Positions 28,573-43,642 of a stretch of DNA of 64,000 nucleotides are shown in pieces. The translations under genes were made by a program, and so were the position numbers. Every line of letters begins with the position of its first letter. The stretch's first letter is position 1. The notes beneath the pieces are model-generated. The model worked only from the letters and a program-made list of their open reading frames with translations. It made no database searches and was not told the origin of the DNA. Source of the DNA: the human T2T-CHM13v2.0 reference genome, Homo sapiens; NCBI RefSeq assembly GCF_009914755.1, contig NC_060947.1; one strand, written 5' to 3'.

Positions 28573-29149
28573 GTGGTAAATCCATAAATGGAATACTGCT
28601 CAGCAAAAGAAAGGAACAAACTGTTGCAGCTCATGTTAGAGCATGCTTTAATTTAAAAATCATTATTTTGAGTGAAAAAAGTCAGATGCAAAATACCCCA
28701 TATTTTATCATTTCATTTACATGAAATGTTCAGGAAAGGCAAATCTACAGAAACAGAAAGCAAATTAGTGGTTGCTTGGGGCTGAGCGTGGGAACAGGGC
28801 GTGACTGCAAGTAGGGATGAGAGATGTCTTTTGGTGTGATGGAAATGTTTTAAAACTGGATTGCGGTAATGCTTGCACAACTCTGTAAATTTGCTAAAAA
28901 TCATTGAGTTGTGCATTTAAAATGGGTGAATTTTATGATGTGTAAATTATACCTCAATAGAGCTGTTTTTTTAAATAAATCACATGCACAAACACACACA
29001 CCCCAATTTTCCAGTTTATTAACCACAAATCCCACGTTGACCCTAAGAAAAACAAAAGCACATAAGACTGTGCTTTTTTTTCTCTCCATACAAGACTATA
29101 GCAACCTAAGAATACAACTATGACATACGAATGAGTAAATAGCTCCAGT

Positions 29150-30390
<1,241 letters not shown>

Positions 30391-30524
30391 CCAAGAAGAG
30401 TTACTGAGGGAGTTCATAAAAGAGGGACACTTCATTTGAAATGTTCAGCTTGTGTTTGGGAGGGAGTGTCTGGCTAGAATAGAGAGGTGTGTAAGTGTAA
30501 ACAAAGGAGACGAGAAGGTTGGAA

Positions 30525-30676
30525 TGTGGAGGTTCTTGAACGCTTAAAATATAGCAGGTATCCAACAAATATTAGATGAATGGAAAATTAGACAAATAAA
30601 TGTGGAGGTTCTTGAACGCTTAAAATATAGCAGGTATCCAACAAATATTAGATGAATGGAAAATTAGACAAATAAA
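30525..30676. repeat. Perfect 76-bp tandem duplication (2 copies)
   Basis: 30525-30600 is identical to 30601-30676 by eye. Confidence 0.95.
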
Positions 30677-32269
30677 TTGCACAACTAGAGCAATCTAGTT
30701 GTGTTCTGCATACTACGTTAGAGTTTAGTGAAATAGTCTCACTGCAATCAATTGCGAAGAACTACCTAGTTGGAACTTTAGCTTTTTTCCATGGAAAGAG
30801 TTTCTACTGACAGACAATATCCTCTAGAAAAGCTCAAGTGCTCTGTGCTATGCCTGAAACGGCCACTAGGGAATGCTCAAATCCATAAGGCAGAACTGTT
30901 AAGAATGAAATTGAGCTCCCCCGTCAGAGACTGCCTGGGAGCCCCAATCCTCTGACTGCTGCCTCAACAGGCAGCTAGTGGAGAAGGATGTCTTCTAGCA
31001 CTGTTTCCTCTATCTGCTCTACCCTATGCTCCCACCCCAGTGCCAAAGTACAATACTGGACATGACGGTTAGTGTCCTCGGCATTCAAGACCCTTCAAAA
31101 TGGTGCATTTTCCATCACCTCTTCTAAACAGGCCCTATGTTTGGGCTATACTGGGTCATTTTTCATCCTCTATATACGTCACTTCTTGTCTAACCACCAT
31201 TTTTGTTTTCATGCTGTTTCCTTTACTGACAAGTACTTATCCAATTCCTATGTGTCCCTTTAAGGCCCAGCACAAAAGCCACCTTCTCCAACAGCCTTCC
31301 ATGATTACCATTTCTCTTACTGCCCTCTGCCTTTCTGAGATCCTAGGGCTCTCATTGATTGTCCCTGCCAGGAGTCACTTGGTAAACACTTATTCAGACA
31401 CTGTCCCTATCTAAGCACTGCATTCTGGGGCTCCCGGTGAAATTAGAAATCTGTCATTTCTGGACTATCAGAAAGGTAAGGTACAGAGGTCAAAAATGAA
31501 CTTAAGATACAAAAAATGAAGTTATGATCCTGCAGGACTGGTAAGAAACAGCCTATTCTTTGGAGGCCTCTCTAGAAGGGAGAAAATGTCCAGCTGGCTT
31601 TAGAAGAGATACTATCTCCAGCTGCCTATACCCTGCCCTTGGGGCTGTAGCAGCAGCCTGGCCTGCCAGGCATCACCCCCTCCCTGGAAGGCCCCTGCTG
31701 TTCCCCAGACCACCTTCTACCTACCTTCGTTATGCAGCCTAGTCCAGCTACTTGTTGGTTGTTAGGATATGGGGAACGCTAATAGATGCCTGGGGCTTTT
31801 TTCCCTTTTAACCTCTCTCCACCTGCTGTACTCTGTGCTTTGTTCTCTGAAATCATGATAAAGAGCAACAGAGAAATCACAACAAACGTGACAATGTGCT
31901 ACAGAGAGCATGTATCAGAGAATTATCCTGGGGTAAGCAGAGGGAGTGGGGACCTGTCTGGCAAAGCCCATGCCCAAATTAGCCCAAACCAGTTCCTGGA
32001 CAGCTTTCCCAGAGGCGGTAGGAGGGGAAGGCTGGACTGGGGTAGAAGAAAATCAGCATTTACATTTAATCCACAGAACCAAAGGTATTCTTGTCACTAT
32101 TTTAAAGACAAGGAAACTCAGGCTCAGGCCATGCTGTTTCTCTCTATCTTATCCAGGCTTTCTCTCCCCTGTAAACCCTAACACAGTGATGGGCATGTGT
32201 GGGGAGCTCAGCTCCTGTGCTTGGTTCTCTACCTGGCTGATAGGTCCCAAAGCAGACAGACATTTGCTA

Positions 32270-32455
<186 letters not shown>

Positions 32456-33238
32456 TCAAGAAAGGAATGGTGCCCCCAGTCAGTCAGATGCCTTTTTGGG
32501 GGTGGTGAGTAATGCATAGGCTTTGCTTCAGCCCCAAACCAGACCCGGACCACAACTCAGCTGATTGAACACTTTGGCAGGCCTCACAGCCATTAGGAAT
32601 CACCCTGGCCAAATCCTCCTGCCAAATTGAGAAAGTTGGCCAATCATCCTCTGGTGGTTTCTGCCACGTAGCAAAGCCACATTCCCAGCTAGAAAGAATA
32701 GGAGATCAAGCAAGAATAAATGCACTCAGGAGGCCAGTAGCATACTGTTTACAAAACACTATCAAGTACTCACTACCATAACAACTTAGGAGGTTGGTGG
32801 AGCAAGAAATGATCACTCCAGTTTACAGTTATAGAAAGAGAGGGGCTAGGTGATTTTGACAAGGTCATATCACCCAAGGATAGTGAATCTGTGGCTAGAA
32901 CTTAGGTCTGCCCCTGAATTCAGGCTGCCTCCTATCCAAAAGACTGTGTTTTAGAAATGAAGAACTTGGGGCCCTGCTTCTGCCTGTTATTCCCTTGGCC
33001 TGGACCATCTTCTCTGTATCACCAGTGCCCAACACATCATTTTACACAGTTAGTGTAATTAATGTTTGCTGAAAAGAACTAAACCAAACTGCCCCTTTTC
33101 CCACCAAATGCTCATCAGGGACCTATGAAATGCAGCTTGGTATCTAGGGCTCTGCTAAACAGATAACATTTATCCCACACTTATGAAAAAGTCATTTTCA
33201 AAGGAGAATCAAATTTTGTAAAGAAATGTGCATAATGA

Positions 33239-33647
<409 letters not shown>

Positions 33648-34671
33648 TAAATTAAAACACTGAGTACTATGAGCATTTCCCTATAAAAATGTGATTTTCT
33701 AAATAAAGGTCTATGTGTACTTTTTTTAAAACCAATTAAGCCTTGAAGGCAATGTGGTGAATCAAAATTAATCGCAAGTGATATGTGAAAATCTAGATTG
33801 AAAAAGCAAGTAAATTAGCAGGTGATTATTCAGTTTACAAAAGCATTCATCATTATAATCTTTCAAATTATGAGCTCTCCTTATACATTAGAAACGATTC
33901 AATTAGAAAAATTACATTTGCACACCACTCTTAGAAACCCATGTATTAGCCTAGACAAGGCATCCTTGTAGACTCAACTAAAGTTAAGTATTATTTAAAT
34001 GGACCAATGGGAAACAAATAAATGAAGCCTAACCTTTGTCATTGCCTGTTTTCAAATATAGTTGTCAATGAGAATAATCAGCTTTAGTTGCTAAAGGAAA
34101 GGTGAATTTCGTTTTGCTCCTAGCATGAAAGAAAGGGAACTTCTTGTCATTTGACACGTTCCTTGCTGTTAAGAAGGCAGCTGCCTGCTACAAATACCAA
34201 ATCCTTGCTCTGAACAGCTGATGAATCATTTATCATCACATTGATTTTCCCATTCTTTTTTTTTTGGAGGTGGGGGGAGTTTATCTCCATCAAAATTGGT
34301 CACAATTTAAAACTCAACTGAAATGGGTTAGCAAACGCAAATACATATATATACCAAGGTATCAAGTTATTTGGGAAAGTGGCCTGTAGCTCACAAATGT
34401 GGAGAGAGAATTAGGAGAGAGAAAGACAGAAAGAGAGGCTTGTAAAAAGCGACTTTTGCAAAGGCCACTCAGAAAAGTCTTTATAAAAGGGGCAAAGATT
34501 GAACTGGCCATGAACTCTTTTGGGGGGAAGACATCAGGGAGAATAACTGGCAACCTTCTGTGATCTTGGACAGTCATTTTAGCTCCCATGACCTATCTCT
34601 TCCTCTGTAAACTAAGAGGGCTCGATTAGATTATCTCTCAGACCTCTTTCACGTATAGGAGTCTAAATCTA

Positions 34672-34973
34672 AGCCAGGTGTGGTGGCTCATGCCTGTAAT
34701 CCCAGCACTTTGGGAGGCCAAGGCGGAGAATCATTTGAGCTCAGGAGCTCAAGACCAGTCTGGGCAACATAGCAAAGCCCCATCTCTAAAAAAAAAAAAA
34801 AAACCTTAAAAATTAGCCGGGCGTGGCGGCAAGTTCCTGTAGTCCTTGGCGGGAAGCAGGGCACAAGGACTGAGGTGGGAGGGTTGCTTGAGCCAGGGAG
34901 GTTGCCACTGCACTTCAGCCTATCCAACCTGAGGCAGAGCAAGACCCTGTCTCAAAAAAAAAAAAAAAAAAAA
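34672..34973 (+). mobile_element. Alu (AluJ-like) with rearranged right arm
   Basis: Alu consensus with poly(A) tail. Confidence 0.88.
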
Positions 34974-35474
34974 GTGTAAGTCTAGAAAGTAGAGTAAGGT
35001 TTTGAGGAATGTTTTGTTGACAACATATTTTTGCAGAAATAGGTTTACTTTGTAATTCTGAAGGACATTTTTTCATAAGTATTTATCATCATTACAGATT
35101 ATTTTGTCTTCTGTGAGATACATTCACAACCCCCACATTTTCAATTTCCATGGAAATCGGCTGGTATTATACCCGTGCTGTTAAGCTGCCCTCTCTGACT
35201 GAAACACAGATTCATGAAGGAGAGCACATTCATTGTTGTAGTAGTTAATGGCATAACCCCCAAGTGGATACCCAGGCTTGAACTTCTAGAACACACCTCT
35301 TTCTTCCTGTAGTCTCCACCCTTTGGATGATGAACACCTGGGGAACCAGCTAGGCCCATCCTCTCTCCAGATCCTCACCATCTCCCAGACAGTGACTTAA
35401 AGCCAAGTTTTGTGAGAATGGCCAGAAGCACTTGCCCCCAATAAATGGAGAATAATGATTCTTAAGTAACATCA

Positions 35475-35582
<108 letters not shown>

Positions 35583-35639
35583 TTAAAACACAATATCTCC
35601 ATAAGTTTTATTTAAATGTCCATCACAACAGTTATAGGT

Positions 35640-35677
35640 ACACACACACACACACACACACACACCCACACACACAC
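35640..35677. repeat. Interrupted (CA)n microsatellite in FRMD7 intron 3
   Basis: Direct reading. Confidence 0.95.
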
Positions 35678-36356
35678 CGCTCTCCTCTTCCGTCCCCTCC
35701 CCATCACTCCCTCCTACAGACTTCTGTGTTTCCATTTATCACATGTATAAAGTGTCACAATTTCTGGATTGTGTCTCTATGTATATAGCGATTGGGAAAG
35801 TTCTCCCACCCCTCTTTCTACCCTCTCTGCCTTCGAGTTTATTTGTATAAATGTGCCCCTTTGAGGCCTACTGTGTCCTCTCCTAAGTATCCCATTCAGA
35901 AAAATACAGCACTTGCTAGTTGGGATTCTGCATTCCTGACTGAGAGAAGGGCTCAACTTCAGCTGAGGCAGGTGTACATTACCAAGCCTAAGTATCTCAT
36001 AAAGAGAATTCAAAGCATGATGGACTGATACCTCTATCTTATACATTAAGAAAACACATATACTTATCTTCACACCTGCTTGCATTTGAAAATTAACTTT
36101 TACACAAAACATAAATGCACACATGCAGCATTAACACCATTGATTCAGTAAATATTTGTTGGTGCCCATTATCTGCAAAGCAGGTATTGGGAGTAAAAAG
36201 ACAACTAAGAGCTCACTGTCTAGTAGAAGAGACAGACATCTAGACAGTTATAACACTCTAAAATGCTATAAGCACTGAGTACTGGGGAAGCACAGAAGGG
36301 AGGAAAGAGTTTGGAGGAGGTCAAGGATGTCCTACCAGAGGACTTGAGACCTGAGT

Positions 36357-36517
36357 AGAGTGGCCAGATTTAGTGAATAAGAAGCACAGGATTCCCAGTT
36401 CAATTTGAATTTCAGATAAACAACAATTGCATGAGATGTGCTTATATAAGAAAATTATTCTTTGTTTATCTAAAATTACAATTTAATAGGGCATTCTGTA
36501 TTTTATCTGCTAAGCCT
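36357..36517. mobile_element. MER53-like palindromic hAT MITE, internally deleted
   Basis: gccagatttag...atttgaatttcagataaacaa / ttgtttatctaaaatt...gtattttatctg inverted arms. Confidence 0.75.
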
Positions 36518-36713
36518 CCATCTGAGATTAGTTTTGTCAAAGTCAGCAGAGGTAGGAATACGAGGTAGCTAGTAGCAAGGACAAGGCTAGGAAGGTAGCC
36601 AGAGTTCAATGCTTTGTGTACCATCCTAAGGAATTGGGACTTTATTCCTCGAAGGGTAGGTAGTAGGGAGCCAGGAAAGCATTTTAAGAAGAAGAGTGAT
36701 GTGATCAGGTTGG

Positions 36714-37157
36714 TGTTTTCAGTAGATTTCTTTGGGAGTAATGTAGATGATGGATGAGGGGAATCAATTTGGAAGCTGTTGGAATAATGTGACAGGTGAT
36801 CCTTATGCAGTGGGAACAGACAGAACTTTGGGAAGCACTAACATGTAAAGAGCAGGTAGAGGAAGAGGAACAGTGCAAAGTCCTGATAGAAATCCGCCTG
36901 CCTCAGAAACATCTGTGGAATTTTGTTTTCAATAGATTTCTTTGGGAGTAATGTAGATGATGGATGAGGGGAATCAATTTGGAAGCTGTTGGAATAATGT
37001 GACAGGTGATCCTTATGCAGTGGGAACAGACAGAACTTTGGGAAGCACTAACATGTAAAGAGCAGGTAGAGGAAGAGGAACCAGTAAAAGAGACATTAAA
37101 ACAGTGCAAAGTCCTGATACAACTCCGCCTGCCTCAGAAACATCTGTGGAATTTTGT
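36714..37157. repeat. Near-perfect ~210-231-bp tandem duplication (2 copies)
   Basis: 36714-36923 vs 36924-37157; the second copy has 21 extra bp; about 3 substitutions. Confidence 0.93.
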
Positions 37158-37704
37158 AAACATGCAGGTTATTGGCAACTCAGGAATAAGGCCCAGGAAT
37201 CGGCATTTAACAAGAAACTCAGGCGATCCTAATGCACACTGAAATTTGAGAACCATCACACTAGATTGTAAAATATAGGGAGAAAATATTTCATACATAT
37301 TAGGCACTTAAATATGAACTAAAGCGAGTGAATAATGCTTGTGACAGGATATAACTAAAGAATCTTCAGGCAGACAGTGAATGGCATTGCAGATTGACAT
37401 CAAGGATGCTCGAAGATTTGCAGTGCCAGAAAATGAGATATATTCCTCAAACCAATCCAGAGTACTGTAATTACCAGAGTTCTTCAGATTTACTCAAAGA
37501 TCCAGCAGCATGATTTCTTTCATCTCAGGCAAAATTAAAACAATTTTCTAAATTGCTGAATTTACTGGATGTATGAAGGGTTGAAATAATATCTCAAAGC
37601 CCTTTTCTCCCCTTATATTAAAATGAGAAATTGTGTGAGGTTGTTGAAACCTTTCTCAAGCTCTAACTGTGAACTCTCTTCCTTAAATGATTTTCCATAC
37701 TTAC

Positions 37705-37747
37705 TTTTTACCTGCTTTGTTATGGGCTTCAAAAGCTCCAGCCAAAC
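37705..37747 (-). CDS. FRMD7: FRMD7 exon 3 (43 nt; VWLELLKPITKQVK)
   Basis: tattacag|GTTTGG...TAAAAA|gtaagt; WL...K.I.KQ FERM-N motif. Confidence 0.96.
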
Positions 37748-38299
37748 CTGTAATAACATTAAGGAAAAAATTGGTAGAGCATGGCATTGAGCAGAGCTTT
37801 TTTTTTTTCGGTAATAGATAAAGATTAACATGAAATAAATGAGTACCAGGACTATTTAGACTTCTAAAGGTAGAAACAAACAGCAATGTCAAATAGGTGG
37901 CATACTACGTTTAATCTGCCCCCTTATATTTTCCCGATGACAGTGAACATTGTTGATCTATAAACTCTTTCTTGTTGACATTTGAATCACTGCTCCACTG
38001 CCTTAGTAGGATGACAGAGGTGTCACATACATGGCTCATTAGTTGCTACAAAGACTAATGAAGGCATTTGGCTCCACATTTGAACCCTCCAGTCCCCAAA
38101 TGCCAGTCTAATAGACATAATGAGCCTTTCTGGGAAGATGCCAGATCACAGATATGCCAAGGCAGGACACAACAGAAGAATATCTGAACGTTAGGGTCTG
38201 AGAAAGGAGAAAGGAGATTCCTCTGAATATTCACTGGTGAGGTTAAAAGTCTTAATTCTGCAGGTTGAGGTCCAGGCTCTGGAAAGGCAAAATTGATAA

Positions 38300-38672
<373 letters not shown>

Positions 38673-38815
38673 TGACTGTTAATAAACAAAGAGGGAGGAC
38701 AAAAACTAGTTATTAAATCTAATCATGTTGCAAGGGTGCACATAGTTTTTCATTTTTCAATCAGGGAATTGAACCCTACATACCTAGCTGCAAACTGCAT
38801 TTAGAAGCAATGCTA

Positions 38816-38953
<138 letters not shown>

Positions 38954-39299
38954 CTAAACAAAACAAAAAGATGATAGCACAATTTGCATTCCTAACCTGA
39001 TACTGCAGCACGGAATAAAGGGTAGAAGCCACAAGACTCTCTGCAAGCCCTGTTTCCTTTAAGCACTGTTTAGAGGACCTGCATCCTTTTCAAAGATGTT
39101 GACCTTTACAGATAGATCCACTTATCTGTCTCTGTGTTGTTTTAGCGACATCCCTAAGAAAGCCTTATAACAAACCACCTTGGAAAAAGAAATACTTGCA
39201 CTTAACTATGGCTACATCTGCAAATTTACCCTTTCAATGGAATTCTTGAATCAGTTCATCCCATGGGCAATTTGAATGATTTCTTCCAAATTGACAGAT

Positions 39300-39860
39300 A
39301 GTTTAGTCAAGATGTAAATCCAACCCTATTACTCCCCTGCTTGAAATCCTTCAGTGGCACCCCCTCAGGATAAAGCCTGTACTCCTCAGCACAGGAGACC
39401 CAGTTCTCTCTCCCTCCTGTGGCCATGCCTGCGCCTCCAGCCTCTTGCCCACCTCCTCCTGATACTTTCCTCTCTAATAACGGCAGCCTGCTCTTAGTTC
39501 CCCATACCTGTCTAGTCATTGCGTGCCTGCATGCCTCTGCTCATGTCATCCTTCTCCACCTATCGCTCTTTCCACATTTCTTTGGTTTGGCTTACTCCTA
39601 CTCAGCTCAGATGTCATCTCCCCAGAGAAGGTTTCTTCAATCCCTATCAGCCGCAGGCTGAGCCAAGGGCAAGCTCCCCTATGCCTCCAAACACCCTCAC
39701 TTACCTCAAGCATAGCACTTCTTGCCCTGGATGTCTATCTTCCCCATTAGACTGAATTCCTCCATAGCAGGGACTTTGCTTTATTTTTCTTGTTACTCAC
39801 CAGTTCTAATTCAGAGCCTGGCACATAGTACTGGGCTCCTGAATGTTTGTTGATCCAACA
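39300..39860 (+). mobile_element. L2 LINE 3' fragment
   Basis: agcagggactttg...agagcctggcacatagta...aatgtttgttga L2 terminus. Confidence 0.7.
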
Positions 39861-41723
39861 TGAAATTGACCATATGATTATATGAGCCCCTTGAGTAGAT
39901 TTCATTTTGTAGCTTTGCCCACCAAATCTGCATACAGCATACTCTGTTCACATAAGGCCACAAATTTTTTTCTTCATAAAGCCCACACACACTGTGAGCA
40001 CAAAACAGTCCCTTTCTTATGCTTCTCTGAGAACAGGAGCTTTGAAGAGCTCTCTGTGAAAAATTTCTTTGAGCTGAGTATGGCTGGGACTGATTTTCAG
40101 CCTGCCTCCACTATTGCTGAACCCAGGGATTGCTGTTGCAGGGAGGACCGTGATGGGAAAATTGAGCCCTGGCTGATAGGCACAAAGACTGGCTGCTGAA
40201 AACCCCTAGTTAAAGGCGAGTCACGCGGTGCCTACAGTGCTGCAAAGGAAGCCAGGCGCGGGGAAATGTAGTTGGAAATCACCGACCCATAGAATTAACA
40301 GCAACCTTGAGAGGTCAGAGAGTCCATCCACCACCAATTCCCCCCTCCCTCAAGGCAGCACCACACTGAACAGAGCCCACATCTGGGATTTAATAGTTTT
40401 CAGGAAGGCGGCCTACCTCACCCGCTTCCCCCACCGTCCAAAAATACACCCCTCTCCCCATGGACTTCTCTCTACTTGGTTTTACTGCCCAGAGCTCCAC
40501 CGACTCAAGATTCATTTGGGTTAACCCCAGTCCGATTTTTAAATGAAAATAGGCTGCAAAGGGTGAAACTTATTTCATCCCTTGCACCTGGAGACAGAGC
40601 TGCTCTACCAAGGGAAAGGGGGTTTGATTTGATGTGGGAGATCACAATGGAGCTGTAGTCCAAGAAAAGGGGGTCAGTTCCCCTGGGGGGGGTGGCACCA
40701 AGGGAATGGGGTTGCCAGGGAGGGCCTGTTTATAGGGGAGAGGGGTACATTTTTGCCTGTGTGGCAACCTTGCCTAGGGCAAGTGCTGACACAGACCATT
40801 GCAGACACATGAAATTGCTCCTATTTTTAAAATCCTTCATAGACAAGGAGCTGCCATGGGATTTTTATTATGAAAAAAAAAAAGAATTTCTAAAGAGAGA
40901 GAGATGACAGCAATACTTTTTCCAACACCAAAGAAACACTTCAGTCATGAGGACCAAATTCCATCATACACTCCAGTTTTTTTTTGCAAGCAATTTAAGA
41001 AGCTCAAGATTTTCCTTTCTCCTTTTCATATTTTATTCTTATTTTCCATCAGGGCACTTAATCCTCCCTATCAACACTGCCATGTTCCATGTGTTTGTAT
41101 ATTTACATGTTTCTGCAATTACAAAGCATATGTAGCCATTCTTTTAAGGTTTCTAATTAAGGCCTTCGTTTTGCTTCCTTCCGTAAGATCCCATACTATG
41201 TTTATAAGAATAATTCCCTGATTCTTCCATCCCTGTAAGTGTTGCCAACTGGCTCTAAAAGCCTTTGGCATTTATGCTTTTGGAGGTCAGACACTCATGT
41301 GGCTCAAGCTTTCCACCCCATCTCCGCGAGAGGCATTTTCCTTCAGTCCTCCATAGTGTACGTTGAAATTGGCCAGCTTTGTGGAATGTGTTATGTAATA
41401 GGTAAGGTCTTGGTTCTGTCTCAACATGCAGCCTTTAATTTTTTCTACCATTATGATCGAATTTCTCAATTTTGGTGTTATGTTTCTCTTTCTTGTAATA
41501 CTGCCTTATATACAAGCTTCCTGTTTTCTCTTTCTCTTTTCTGTTTTCTCTGGACTTCTGATTCTCTGTACAATTGCTTGGTCTTTTTTAAGCTGGTACT
41601 TTTCAATATCCTAATCAAGCTCCTTAGCAGATCTAAATTCTTTACCACCCGTCAGTCCTCCCACTGAAGGAATTGGAACTCCAATCCTGAATCCTGTCTC
41701 ATCCTGATATCTGCCTTTAAATG

Positions 41724-41766
<43 letters not shown>
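41724..41766. repeat. (TCTA)~10 tetranucleotide microsatellite
   Basis: Direct reading. Confidence 0.95.
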
Positions 41767-42199
41767 CTATAATTTAAACAAATCATTCATAACTTGGATT
41801 TATAATCTTTAATTTATTGGGTCATAACAATTGAACACTGATTCCTGGGGGCTTCAAACTCATCTTCTCATGGAAACAATAATATTCAAAGTGGCTAGCT
41901 CTAAAAACAAATCTACCAAATTTTCTGTGCACCAACAATTGTTATATACCAATTTGTTAAAATAAATCGGGATTGTAATCTTGCTCTCTTCACTTACTAG
42001 CTGGACGAATTGGGGCAAATCATTTAGCTCACAGATTGATCTACCTCTTCTAGATATCTGAAGATAAAAACCACGTGTTTGAATTCTTGGAATTAAGTAC
42101 AGTGCCTGGCAAAGTGGACATTCAATAAATGTTTACTGAGTAAGTGGATAAATGGACCCAGACATTTAACTTGATTCATGTACATTAGTATAATAGTCC

Positions 42200-42375
42200 T
42201 CTTAAGAGAGAGACAAACTAGTCATTATGTGACCTTGGGCAATTACTGAACTTTTCTGAGCCTCAGTTTACTAATCTGTAAAATAAAGATAATAGTGATA
42301 TTATCTCATAGGGTTGTTGTGAGGGTTAAATAAAATAATTCACATCAAGGTCTTAGTACAGTGCCTGGCACATCA
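42200..42375 (+). mobile_element. MIR SINE
   Basis: tgtgaccttgggcaa...ctgagcctcagttt...ctgtaaaat...acagtgcctggcaca. Confidence 0.8.
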
Positions 42376-42643
42376 TATGCACATGCACATATGCATATGC
42401 ACTTCAGCAATGCACATGTATAGATATATGCATAGTAATAAATCTGGAAGAATATACACCAAATTGGTAACAACAATATTCCTGGAGAGGAGATAAAATA
42501 AGGGGGACTTTAACTTTTTACTCTGTACGTGTCTGAATTTTTTTTTTAATAAGCAAGGATGGTAGAAACTTTCTTAACCAACTTCCACTTAATAATGTGC
42601 ATATAATGCATTCTATTCCCTCTTTAAAACATTGGCAGATGCG

Positions 42644-43069
<426 letters not shown>

Positions 43070-43642
43070 TTATGTTCTTGAAAATATTTTTGACAAGCTC
43101 TACTTATTATTATAATTACACCATTTAATTAAATGGTATGTATATCAAAAATTATTATGAGCACTAATGGCAAGAGTTGTTTCTATGAAACTTAAATTGA
43201 TATTTTTGTAAAGACTCAATAAGGGGGAGTCCCCAAAAATGTGCTGTCAAATTAGTTTTGGATATGACAGCAATAAAAGATTGACGGAGGAAAGACATCA
43301 AAATCTGGAAAGATTCTGTACTCACTGCTTTGAAATCATTGTATTCTTGTTCCACATTAAATAAACCAAGACTGGAAATCATCGATGACAGATTATGGAT
43401 GTGGTTTATGGAAGAAAGACAAAAGGGAATACAATCAGAAGTCCATACTAAAGAAAAGGTCTTGACCCTATATCAAACAGTTAGGATATGAATAAAATGT
43501 ATACATTTTATGTTAAAATAAAAAATTTGAGATGTCTGTATATATATGTATATGATTTGTTATTAGTGTTTGCTTTAGCAAATTTTGTCAATTAACTGAT
43601 CAACAACCACCTTCAACAACATTTGAAATAAGACATTCTCAG

